DNA of 64,000 bases from Mytilus californianus. Its lineage: Eukaryota. The notes beneath the pieces are model-generated. The model made no database searches. It had not been told where the DNA came from and saw nothing but the letters and a program-made list of their open reading frames with translations. This document shows positions 53,001 through 64,000 of this stretch, piece after piece. The first letter of the stretch is position 1, and every line of letters begins with the position of its first letter. The position numbers were made by a program, and so were the translations under genes. The stretch lies in assembly GCF_021869535.1 (NCBI RefSeq), contig NW_026262701.1, positions 58,156,001-58,220,000 of the forward strand, read 5' to 3'.

Positions 53001-55828
53001 GCATTTATATATACATGACATAATCTTTAGCCTGCTTAACGTTTGTTCTGATCTTAAATGATGAAAAATCCAAAGATCTGTTTCAGCAAACTTACATGTC
53101 CCCGTCTTTCCACCAACAATCCGGTAAGGTGTACGTTTAATGGTAGCACATTTTCTTTAAATTTTGAATCTGATATAACTTGAAAAACAAACAGTATTAT
53201 TTATTCACTCACATGAAACACAGCGGGATGCGATATTCAGTACGTAGGTGAAACTGGACGATATTTATCTAAACGCACGCAAGACCACCTGTATCGTTTT
53301 AAAAGACCCAATAAATTCAAAATTATCATTTATCAACATCTTAAAAAGCACAATCATCCTATTGAATATTTAACAGTTCAACCTTTAGAAGTAGTAAATA
53401 AGCAGCCTGGTGAATCTCATTCAAAGTTTGTACGATTACGGAAAATAATTGAATTAAATTGGATTAAAAAATTACAGACAGTCTACTCTCTCGGTCTTAA
53501 TGATAATATCATGGGAATTGGTAATATATCAAGAACCGATTCTGTTAACATTTTGGATATAGTTTCTAAAACTGTTCGTAAAAACCGTTTTCATGGGCGT
53601 AGAAAAAATCGCAATCAAAGAAAATTTCGGACCAACCATACAAATATTTCAGACCTAATTTCTATTTAAAAAATCAACGGCAGACATAATATATTAACCA
53701 AGCTCTGTTCTTTACCTATAAAGAAATGAAATAAAATTTTAGAGGATTGCAACACAATTTCATATTGCAGTCTTAAGTATGAAATCGTTCAAATTATAAT
53801 GGCATATTGTTATTCTAAACTGTTTCCCAAAATTGATCGCCCTGAAGATCACAAAAAACATTTTATTAAAATAAAGTATGTCAATAAAGGTTTTGATTTT
53901 GTAAATATTGCCGGTATTTTTAACGACCATTCTGTTAAAGAACATATTCCTGGATATTTTGATAATACTGAACTCCCTCTTATTTGTTATATTTACAAGA
54001 AATCTACATGGAAATTTGTGTTTAATTATAGCCAAGTCTGTAAAGATGTAAATATCAGTGAAACTACACCTACATGTATGTCATGTAATTGTAGTAATTC
54101 CGAATACACTTATGGCCCCATTTCCCATGTTATTACAGGAGACCTTAACATCGTTCGCGACCGAGAGTTAAAATCATTCCTCAGTAAAGGACCTAACTAT
54201 CACCCCCCCGTTAATTATTAATTGGAATGAGTGTCGTAATATCATAAATCGTGCTTACTGTTTGAAATGGATAAAATGGGAAAAAGCTGACAAAAAATCT
54301 TTGGACTGTTTTTTTAGTTCAGTAATGAATATAGTTGATATACGTAAACAACATTTTAAATAACATTTTACTCTTAACAACAACAATAAAAATCCTATTT
54401 CTCGTATCAAACCTAAACTAAAAGAACTAGCCAAGGAAGATATTTTTGTCCCGGCTGATAAAGCTGCTTATAATATCATTATAGTTTGACGTAAATTTTA
54501 CATTGAAGTTCTGCAAAAGGAAATCACGACTTCACCAACATTCCAACTGACTTCATTTTCAGAAAACGATATATGTAACAAATATAAACTATTAGCTACT
54601 TCTTTACAAGCAGAACCAAATACAATGACAGTCCAAACTTTGTACTGGCTTCCGAAGCTACACAAATCACCTTCCAAATATAGATTTATTTCGTCTTCAA
54701 GTCATTGTTCCACTACTAAATTGTTTATTCAACTTATAAAAACACTTACTACAATCAAAAACCTGATAATAAATTGTTCAAATAAGGCCTTTGAAAATAG
54801 TAGAATTAATTTCTTTTGGAGTGTCAAAAACTCGTTGGAAGTACTTGATAAATTGCATGCATATTGGTGATTTTAAATCTGTTCAAAGTTTTGATTTTCT
54901 ACCTTATAAACCACTTTGCCTCAAATTCTTATTAAGAAAAAATTCACACACCTAAATTAAAAGGGCATTTAAAAAGTAGGAATGCGAATACATATGTTCA
55001 AACTCTTTTAGGTCATTGTTTAGTAGCAACAAACAAAAGAACTATGTCAATTGGACATGCTTTGATACTATATCTGCCCTTGAAATTTTACTTGATATCA
55101 CTTTTGTTTACTTTGGAGATTCCGTATATCGTCAAGTTATCGGAATTCCAATGGGGATTAACTGTGCACCACTTATTGTGGACCTGTTTTTGTATTGTTA
55201 TGAGTTACAATTTATGACTAAAATCAGCAAAGACCCATCGAAACAACATCTGATACAAAAATTTAACAATACTTTTAGATATTTGGATGATATATTGGCT
55301 CTCAATAATGAAGACTTCAGTATGTTTACTAAAGAAATTTATTCTGTTGAACTTACTATAAATAAAGCTAATACTAACAATGACCACTGTCCTTTCCTCG
55401 ATCTTGATATCTATATCGTTAACAGGAAGCTTAATACAAAATTTATAATAAAATATGATTTTTCATTATCTATCGTTAATTCTCCATTTTTAGATGGTGA
55501 AGTTTCCTTGTCACCATCTTATGGTGTTTATATATCTCAACTTGTATGATTCGCTCGTGTATGTAACAACGTATTAGATTTTAGCGAGAGAAATTTATGT
55601 ATTACTGAAAAATTATTACACCAGGGTTTTCGATATCATAAACTAGTCAAAACATTTACTAAATTTTATCATCGGTATAAGGACATCATTCGTAAATTTA
55701 ACTCAACATGCAGACATCTTATACGTTCGGGTATTTCACATCCAATCTTTTATGGTAATATTCTTTACAAAGCACAAAAATGTCAGTATTCACCTCAAAA
55801 GCTAACAAAACCTTTAAACAGACTTATT

Positions 55829-58233
55829 AGACCTTTTCAACAATTGTCTACACCTACAGTTGAGAACGACTACGACAGGTGAGATACGAAGGGTCGTCTC
55901 AAAAATGAAATTTAAAAAAAAATTATTGATCGCATATGATTATTTTGATTGCCAATGAGAACTATCCAACACGACGTGTATAAAAGCATTTGTTGTGTAC
56001 CGTACCTTTTTTATTTATTAAGTATTTGCTTATCAAAATTAAAATTATTTATGAATTGACTATGCGGAAAAGGAAGGACTTCAATGTTTCATTTCTTTTA
56101 GACGTCGAGTTGGAAAATGGAAAAAAAAACAAAAAAAAAAAAAACAAACCTGTACTTTGAAGTAGATGTTTAATTAATCATTGCTTTATGTCTGACGACT
56201 AGGGCGGTACATTTTTTTACCATGTCTGTTAATTTTGGCTTCGGATGCCTCAACGTACTTTATTTCTTTTTAATTTACCAATTTAATGTTCAACTTGAAA
56301 GCGATATTGAGCGACAAAGCAATTTACATTTTGTGTCTTTCTCTTTAAATTATCCGGCTTACTGTGCCGTCGCTAGACCTTCGGCTCCGGCAACCAAATG
56401 CCGTAGCTGACCAGGTGAGAGGAGGACGCTAATTAATTGCCTCGCCCTAAAGAACCTCATTCGCGAGAATCAGCTGGAGTACAATTAATTCACAACAAAA
56501 TAGATACCAAGATTTTGAAAGGCCCTTGGTGTCTCTTCTGATTCAAATTCAGATTCAAATCATATTCTTTTTATTTTTTTTGTTTACTTGCTATTTTTAT
56601 GTTTTCCGTAATAGGAAATAAAATCACACAATGCAACATATAAAACAGATATTCAGATTGACACATGGTCTTGGTTAAGGACACCATCGCCAACCCCCAA
56701 AAAGGGGGAAAAAGGAAAAAAAGTTACTATCTTTGATTGAATAAACTGGAAATAAATATGAGAGCGAAGCATAATGTCAAAATACTAAATTGTAAACAAA
56801 AAATTCTATCGTGACAAAAATCTTACCAATTGTAATGACCTACTTGTTCAGGAATTGTTTCATGCGTATAAAACATGCGGTGGCGTTTTACTAGTATAAT
56901 TGGATCTTAACCTCCCCCATGTATGGTCAGAGATGAAAGTCAAAAACGATTATACACGCTTCTCACAAAACACACGAAGGTCATTTTCGGAAACAGGGAA
57001 AATAATCTAAGACAAAGGGACACGTTCTGTTGTCTTTCGGGACACGGACAACCTGTAACGGTCAATCAGTCCAAAAAGACACTGCAATGACAACAAGCTC
57101 TATTGAGATATAAATATCATACGCATCACTGAAGAGACAATACTTGTCAAAATGCGCATGTGGCGCGGACTTTAAACCAATAGGCGTTTACCCCTCCAAT
57201 AATTAAATGTATACAACAAGTGACTTGAAGATCGGTTGAGAAACAAAAACTCTAGTGGACGGACGGACAGTCCTGTTATAATATAATAATGTGATAAGTG
57301 ATTGCCAATGAGACAACTATCCACCAAAGTTGTAATGAAGTTAATGTAAGCAATTATGGGCAACCATACGGTCTTTAACAATGAAAAAAATCCATACCGT
57401 ATAGTCGGCTATAAAAGGCCCCGACATGAAAAATATGAAACAATTCAATTGAAAAAACTAACGGTCTAATCTATATCAAAACAATTTAAGAAAAACAAAT
57501 ATGACAGACATGAACCAACAACAACCACTGAACTACAGGCTCCTGACTTGGGACACGCAAATAAAGAATGTGGCAGGGTTAAACATTTTTGTGAGTGTTC
57601 AACCCTCCCCTAACTTGGGACAATGTTGTAACAGCACAACATAAGAAACAACTATAAATATGTTACTTCCACAAATTTCAAAAATAGCATTTCAAAAACA
57701 ATAAAATATTCTGATCCCAAATTTGATGAAAAAAAACATATTGTGGTCAAGCAGATAAAAAAAAATATTTTGAGTCCAGATTTTCCCCATATCTTATAGT
57801 GTTAAATTTTGAAACAAAATTAAGATTGATAGCGTCGAAAACTAAAAAAATACTCTGACTCAGACAAAAAACTATAACCCCCCTTAAAGTTAAATGGTTG
57901 CTCCCTAAATAATCACATAAAATTTACCAAGATAAAAACTTAAAAAGACAGATGACAATGTGAAATAATTGCAGTAATTATTTCCTTGAAAGTTTAATAA
58001 ATTCAACGTAAAATGTTGTATAAATACATGTTATTATAATATTTAACAAAAGTGAAAAGTATAATTCATATTTGTTTGAAATATGTTCTTTCGTCAAAAT
58101 AGTGCAAAATCGATAAATCGAAGTTGTAAACGTAAAACTATTCATGATGATTTTTAATTTTGAGACGACCCCTACATTTTACCTGTAAACTGTAGGTGTC
58201 ATTAGTCGGTGTCGAGAGTTGTTGAAAAGGTCT
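55829..58233. mobile_element. Non-autonomous DNA transposon with imperfect ~85-bp TIRs nested in the Naiad RT
   Basis: Starts AGACCTTTTCAACAA and ends TTGTTGAAAAGGTCT, with further shared blocks ACACCTACAGTT and GGGTCGTCTCAAAA. It splits the Naiad sequence GACTTATTAAGAAGG seen intact in the minus copy. TSD is ATT (or TATTA). Confidence 0.75.
57123..57166 (+). ncRNA. Hammerhead motif with inactivating G12A and C17G changes (repeated at 60368-60411 and 63670-63713)
   Basis: GCAUCA CUGAAGA GAC AAUACUU GUC AAAA UGCGCA UG UGGCGC; same family as 27526-27569. Confidence 0.65.
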
Positions 58234-58374
58234 ATTAAGGAGGGATATAGTAACGATACTGTTGTCAGGTCATTAAAGATTGCATATTTTGGCTTTAATA
58301 TTGATTCACTTATAGGGTCTTTGCATCGGAATTAAACACATTTATTCTAAACCCAGTTGTTGGCATGACACGGT

Positions 58375-58463
58375 TTATGTTCTTCTCATATATTTTATGA
58401 CAGTATAATACTAAACCCCTAACAGGATGGATTGTGCCTGATATTCATATGATGAAGACATAA
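58375..58463 (+). promoter_or_regulatory. SECIS element, copy downstream of the RT stop of the + strand Naiad
   Basis: ATGA 58397-58400, AAA 58413-58415, TGAT 58439-58442; one mismatch at the base of helix II. Confidence 0.78.
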
Positions 58464-59481
58464 TCTTTCAATCAGTTAAACTGAGGTCTTCAGCTGGCAT
58501 GTCAGTAACTGCTAGTAGTCTGTTGTTATTTATGTATTATTGTCATTTTGTTTATTTTCTTTTGTTTCCTATTCTGACATCGGTCTCGGACTTCTCTTAT
58601 ACTGAGTTTTACTATTCGTACTGTTGTTCGTTTGGTTTTTCTACATTGGCTAGAGGTATAGGGGGAGGGTTGAGATCTCAAAAAACATGTTTAACCCGCC
58701 GCACTTTTGCGCCTGTCCCAAGTCAGGAGCCTCTGCCCTTTGTAAGTCTTGTATCATTTTTAATTCTAGTTTCCTGTGTATAATTTGGAGTTTAGTATGA
58801 CGTCCATTATCACTGAACTAGTATACATATTTGTTAAGGGGCCAGCTGAAGGACGCCTCCGGGTGCGGGAATTTCTTGCTGCATTGAAGACCCATTGGTG
58901 GCCTTCGGCTGTTGTCTGCTCTACGATCGATTTGTTGTCTCTTTGACACATTCCCCATTTCCATTCTCAATGTTATCAGTAAGCTTAACTCTAATCTTTT
59001 CTACTCAGTTTTAAGATATTAAAGAGTCAGTATGAAAATCAAAACGATTATTTTTTTCTATAAAAATGAGTTATGCGCATATAGGAATCAGATGTACATT
59101 TAGAAGTAACGTTTGTTGGAGTCATTAAACAATGTTGTATGGGAAGTTGTGGAAATGAGAACGAAGAGACCAGCACATTAACTGATTTCAAAGATATTGG
59201 TACGGCCAGAAAGCCACCTTTTAATTGTAGCGAACAAAAGACACAGATCAATAATAAAATTTAACAAGATTTCTTATACTAAAGTTTACAAGAAGTATTT
59301 AAAATAAAAGAAATGTCAAGTTGTCTGTCAAAATAAATGTCTGATCTTTTGTCTGTTCTTTATCCGGAAGTCATTTCGGGAATCCACGCAGAATATTATG
59401 TGCAATAGGTCACAATCTAGTATGATATTGTTTGTAAATAAAAATGTTAATCCAACTGATGAGAATATTAATGTCAATCGA

Positions 59482-59528
59482 TGTCTATGTCTATGTCTAT
59501 GTCTATTTCTGTGTCTATGTCTATGTCT
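59482..59528. repeat. (TATGTC)n microsatellite (also at about 62783-62830)
   Basis: Seen directly. Confidence 0.85.
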
Positions 59529-59562
59529 GAAAGTTTAACGTTAGTGTCTGTATATTTATAGT

Positions 59563-60238
59563 TGTCACGGAAATCTCTAGAACACTGTAGAAAGGAAACT
59601 ACTAGAAAACTTTATAACGGAAACTTCTAGAACAGTGTTGACGTTTAAATTACATATCTTTTATATTTATGATCATTCTAAAACGTTATGTAAGTAAAAT
59701 AGCAAGTTCTAATCATTCCATCAGTCTCTGTGATTGTTCCAGTGATTTTTAAACTGCACAGTTACAATATAATTTTGTAAACAAGTACAAATTATGTAAA
59801 CATATTATTAGGCAACACAAAACAAATTAGGCCAACTGAATAAATATGATAGTTACAATATCATAAAACCTCCCCCCTTAAAAAAAAAGTTTGGGTGTAA
59901 CAGAACTTTTCACGAACAATATATACAAAATTACAGAATATGTATACAGTGTTTTATTAAGATCTAGATAAAGCATCTGCTATTACATTATCTTTACCTT
60001 TAATATGTTTTACAATAACATCATATTCCTGTAACAATAAACTCCACCTAGTCAACCTCTGGTTCTTGTTTCTCATTTTATGTATGAAGGTGAGAGGATT
60101 ATGATCAGTATAAACAAAAATGTGATACATAGTGGGATTTAGATATACATCAAAATGTTGAAGTGCAGACAACAGTGTTAAACACTTTTTTTCAATAATT
60201 GAATACTTTTTCTGATGTTTATCTAATTTCTTAGAAAA
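59563..60238 (-). mobile_element. Gypsy-type LTR retrotransposon 3' end (RNase H C-terminus, PPT, 306-bp LTR), Gmr1-like layout
   Basis: FSKKLDKHQKKYS.IEK.CL...YTDHNPL...RWSLLLQEY...HIKGKDNVIADALSRS* (stop at 59957). PPT AAGGGGGGAGG at about 59869-59879. LTR 59868-59563 ends CCGTGACA. Confidence 0.8.
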
Positions 60239-61718
60239 CAGGGAAAGGAATCTAAGACAAATGGACACGTTCTGTTGTCTTTCGGGACACGGACAACCTA
60301 TAACGGTCAATAAGTCCAAAAAGACACTGCAATAACAACAAGCTCTGTTGAGATATAAATATCATACGCATCACTGAAGAGACAATACTTGTCAAAATGC
60401 GCATGTGGCGCGGACTTGTTCATTCAGGAAACGCATCATCTTTAACATGGTATCTTGAAGCGGAGTAGTCCCACGTAACTAAATTATCGATGTTGCCTTT
60501 TCCGTTTACCTTTAAACCAATAGGCGTTTACCCCTCTAAAAATTAAATGTGTACAACAAGTGACGTGAAGATCGGTTGAGAAACACAAACTCTAGCGGAC
60601 GGACGGACAATCCTGTTCCAAAATAATAATGTGATAAGTGATTGCCAATGAGACAACTATCCACCAAAGATGTAATGAAGTGAATGTCAGCAATTATAGG
60701 CAACCGTACGGCCTTTAACAATGAAAAAACCCCATACCGTATAGTCGGCTATAAAAGGCCCCGACATGAAAAATATGAAACAATTCAATTGAGAAACTAA
60801 CGGCCTAATCTATATCAAAACAATTTAAGAAAAACAAATATGACAGACATGAACAAACTACAAACAACTTAACTACAGGCTCCTGACTTGGGACAAGCAA
60901 ATAAAGAATGTGGCAGGGTTAAACATTTGTGTGAGTGCTCAACCCTCCCTTAACTTGGAACAATGGTTTAACAGCACAACATAAGAACCAACTATAAATA
61001 TGTTCCTTCTACAAATATCAAAAATAGCATTTCAAAAACGATAAAATATTCTGATCCCAAATTTGATGATAAAAAATATTGTGGTCAAGCAGATGAAAAA
61101 AAAATATTTTGAATCCAGATTTTCCTCATACCTTATAGTGTGAAATTTTGAAAAAAAAGTAGATTGATAGCGTCGAAAAACTAAAAAAAAAATTCTGACT
61201 CAGACAAAACACCATTACCCCCCCCCCCTAAAGTTAAATGGTTGCTCCCTAAATAATCACATAAAATTTAACAAGATACAAACTTAAAAAGGCAGATGAA
61301 AATGTGAAATAATTGCAGTAATTATTTCCTTGAAAGTTTAATAAATTCAACGTAAAATGTTGTATAAATACATGATATTACAATATTAAACAAAAGTGAA
61401 AAGTATAATTCATATTTGTTGGAAATATGTTCTTTCGTCAACATAGTACAAAATCGATAAATCAAAGTTGTCAACGTAAAACTATTCATGATGATTTTTA
61501 ATTTTGAGACGACCCCTTCATTTTACCTGTAAACTGTAGGTGTCATTAGTCGGTGTCGCGAGTTGTTGAAAAGGTCTATTAAGGAGGGATATAGGCACGA
61601 TACTGTTGTCAGGTCATTTAAGATTGTATATTTTGGTTTTAATATTGATTTACTTTAAGGGTCTTTGCATCGGAATTAAACACATTTATTCTTAAACCAG
61701 TTGTTGGCATGACACGGG

Positions 61719-61807
61719 TTATGTTCTTCTCATATATTTTATGACGGTATAAAACTAAACCCCTAACAGGAGGGATTGTGCCTGATATTTACATGATGAA
61801 GACATAA
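61719..61807 (+). promoter_or_regulatory. SECIS element, copy in tandem unit 2
   Basis: ATGA 61741-61744, AAA 61757-61759, CCT-AAC-AGG ministem, TGAT 61783-61786. Confidence 0.78.
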
Positions 61808-62864
61808 TCTTTCAATCAGTTTAATTGAGGTCTGGAGCTGGCATGTCAGTAGCTGCTAGTAGTCTGTTGTTATTTATGTATTATTTTCATTTTGGTTATT
61901 TTCTTTTGTTTCCTATTCTGACATCGGAATCGGACTTCTCTTATACTGAGTTCTACTATGCGTACTGTTGTGCGTTTGGTTTTTCTACATTGGCATGTAG
62001 GGGGAGGGTTGAGATCTCAAAAAACATGTTTAACCTCGCTGCATTTTTGCGCCTGTCCCAAGTCAGGAGCCTCTGGCCTTTGTTAGTCTTGTATCATTTT
62101 TAATTTTAGTTTCCTGTGTATAATTTGGAGTTTAGTATGACGTCCATTATCACTGAACTAGTATACATATTTGTTTAGGGGCCAGCTGAAGGACGTCTCC
62201 GGGTGTGGGAATTTCTCGCTGGATTAAAGACCCATTGGTGGCCTTCGGCTGTTGTCTGCTCTATGGTCGAGTTGTTGTCTCTTTGACACATTCCCAATTT
62301 TCATTCTCAATTTGATCAGTAAGCTTAACTCTAATCTTTTCTATTCAGTTTTTAGATATTATGTGTCAGGATGAAGATCAAAACGATTATGTTTTCTATA
62401 AAAATAAGTTATGCGCATATAGGAATCAGATGTACATTTAGTAGTAACGTTTGTTGGAGTCATTAAACAATGTAGTATGAGAAGTTGTGGAAATGAGAAC
62501 GAAGAGACTGATTTCAAAGATATTGGTACGGCCAGAAAGCCACCTTTTAATTGTAGCGAACAAAAGACACAAATGAATAATAAAATTTAACAAGATTTCT
62601 TATACTTAAGTTTACAAGAACTATTAAAAAAAAAAGAAACGTCTGATCTTTTGTCCTTTCTTTATCAGGAAGACTTCTCGTGAATCCACGCAGAATATTA
62701 CGTCCAATAGGTCACAATCTAGTATGATATTGTTTGTAAATAAAAATGTCAATCCAACTGATGAGAATATTAAAGTCAATCGATGTCTATGTCTATGTCT
62801 ATGTCTATGTCTGTGCCTATATCTATGTCTGAAAGTTTAACGTTAGTATCTGTATGTATATAGT

Positions 62865-63541
62865 TGTCACGGAAATCTCTAGATCACTGTAGAAAGGAAA
62901 CTACTAGAAAACTTTATAACAGAAACTTCTAGATTAGTGTTGACGTTTAGATTACATATACTTTATATTTATGATCATTCTCAAACGTTATGTAAGTAAA
63001 ATAGAAATTTCTAATCATTCCATCAGTCTCTATGATTGTTCCAGTGATTTCTAGAGTACACAGTTACAATATAATCATGTAAACAAGTACAAATTATGTA
63101 AACATATTATTAGGCCACACAAAACAAATTAGGCCAACTGAATAAATATGATAGTTACAATATCATAAAACCTCCCCCTTAAAAAAAGTTTGAGTGTAAC
63201 AAAAACTTTTCACGAACAATATATACAACATTACAGATTATGTATACAGTGTTTTATTAAGATCTAGATAAAGCATCTGCTATTACATTATATTTACCTT
63301 CAATACGTTTTACTATAACATCATATTCCTGTAACAATAAACTCCACCTAGTCAATATCTTGTTCTTGTTTCTCATTTTATGTATGAAGGGGAGAGGTTT
63401 ATGGTCAGTATAAACAAGAATAGGATGCATAGTGGGATTTAGATACACATCAAAATGTTGAAGTGCAGACAACAGTGTAAAACACTCTTTTTCAATTATA
63501 GTTGAATACTTTTTCTGATGTTTATCTAATTTCTTAGAAAA
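62865..63541 (-). mobile_element. Second tandem copy of the Gypsy 3' end
   Basis: RNase H stop at 63257, PPT about 63171-63180, LTR 63170-62865. Confidence 0.8.
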
Positions 63542-64000
63542 CATGGAAAGGAATCTAAGACAAAGGGACACGTTCTGTTGTCTTTCGGGACACGGAAAAC
63601 CTATAACGGTCAATCAGTCCAAAAGACTCTGCAATGACAACAAGCTCTGTTGAGATATAAATATCATACGCATCACTGAAGAGACAATACTTGTCAAAAT
63701 GCGCTTGTGGCGCGGACTTGGAAAAATGGTGCCGTTGATGTTTCCAGTTCATTCAGGAAACACATCATCTTTAACATGGTATCTTGAAGCGGAGTAGTCC
63801 ATCGTAACTAAATTATCGATGTAGCCTTTTCCGTTGACCTTTAAACCAATAGGCGTTTACCCCTCCCAAAATTAAATGTGTACAACAAGAGACGTGAAGA
63901 TCGGTTGAGAAACACAAACTCTAGCGGACGGACGGACAGTCATGTTACAATATAATAATGTGATAAGTGATTGCCAATGAGACAACTATCCACCGAAGTT

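Larger units (their letters stand above)
53091..58973 (+). mobile_element. Naiad-type Penelope-like retroelement (GIY-YIG, CxC, RT, SECIS, 3' tail); 5'-truncated, decayed, interrupted by a TIR element
   Basis: One frame runs 53091-54221: GIY-YIG (IIYSLT*NTAGCDIQYVGETGR...DH...QH...ELNWIKKLQTVYSLGLNDNI) then the CNC...HVITGDL...KGPNY linker. RT motifs follow: LYWLPKLHK, QVIGIPMG.NCAP, FRYLDDIL, SYGVYISQL. RT stop at 58333-58335. The flanks rejoin the host sequence seen uninterrupted at about 14355-14385. Confidence 0.9.
56991..64000. repeat. Tandem array of ~3.3-kb composite units (56991-60235, 60236-63538, 63539 to window end)
   Basis: Markers recur at periods of 3245 and about 3300 bp (e.g. 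GCATCACTGAAGAGAC at 57123, 60368, 63670); units differ by scattered SNPs and indels. Confidence 0.95.

Noticed and set aside
53727-53729. In-frame TGA in the Naiad linker (and TGA at 55547-55549) as selenocysteine codons
   Set aside because: 53727 lies in LPIKK*NKIL, not an evident Cys column. 55547 is CGA (Arg) in the other copy, consistent with CpG decay. Both are treated as nonsense mutations.
60239-60319. N-terminal part of ORFs 59957-60319 and 63257-63613 as a real protein
   Set aside because: It crosses the tandem-unit junction and reads unrelated antisense sequence; only the RNase H part is homologous.

Overview
AT-rich eukaryotic DNA with spliceosomal introns. The repeat content resembles a bivalve, probably a Mytilus-like mussel (inference). 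One host gene is well supported: a four-exon RGK-family (Rad/Rem/Gem/Kir) small GTPase at 20450-22618 (+), 354 aa. The rest is mostly mobile DNA inside two diverged copies of a long segmental duplicate (about 300-14550 versus about 37950-59150). The main result is a Penelope-like retroelement family with the permuted Naiad architecture (N-terminal GIY-YIG endonuclease, CxC linker, C-terminal RT). It has in-frame TGA codons at Cys-type positions, one shared by two separate copies, and a canonical form-2 SECIS just after the RT stop codon, so it looks like a selenoprotein-encoding retrotransposon. The SECIS occurs four times, once in an ORF-less copy. Also present are several minimal type-I hammerhead ribozyme motifs (one intact at 27526-27569) and a ~3.3 kb tandem array running off the right edge. 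The array carries a Gmr1-like Gypsy 3' end. Other features: TIR elements, a tRNA-derived SINE, a HINE-like element, hairpin MITEs, and a 23-bp minisatellite derived from an RT coding segment. Most short ORFs in the supplied track are spurious or transposon fragments.
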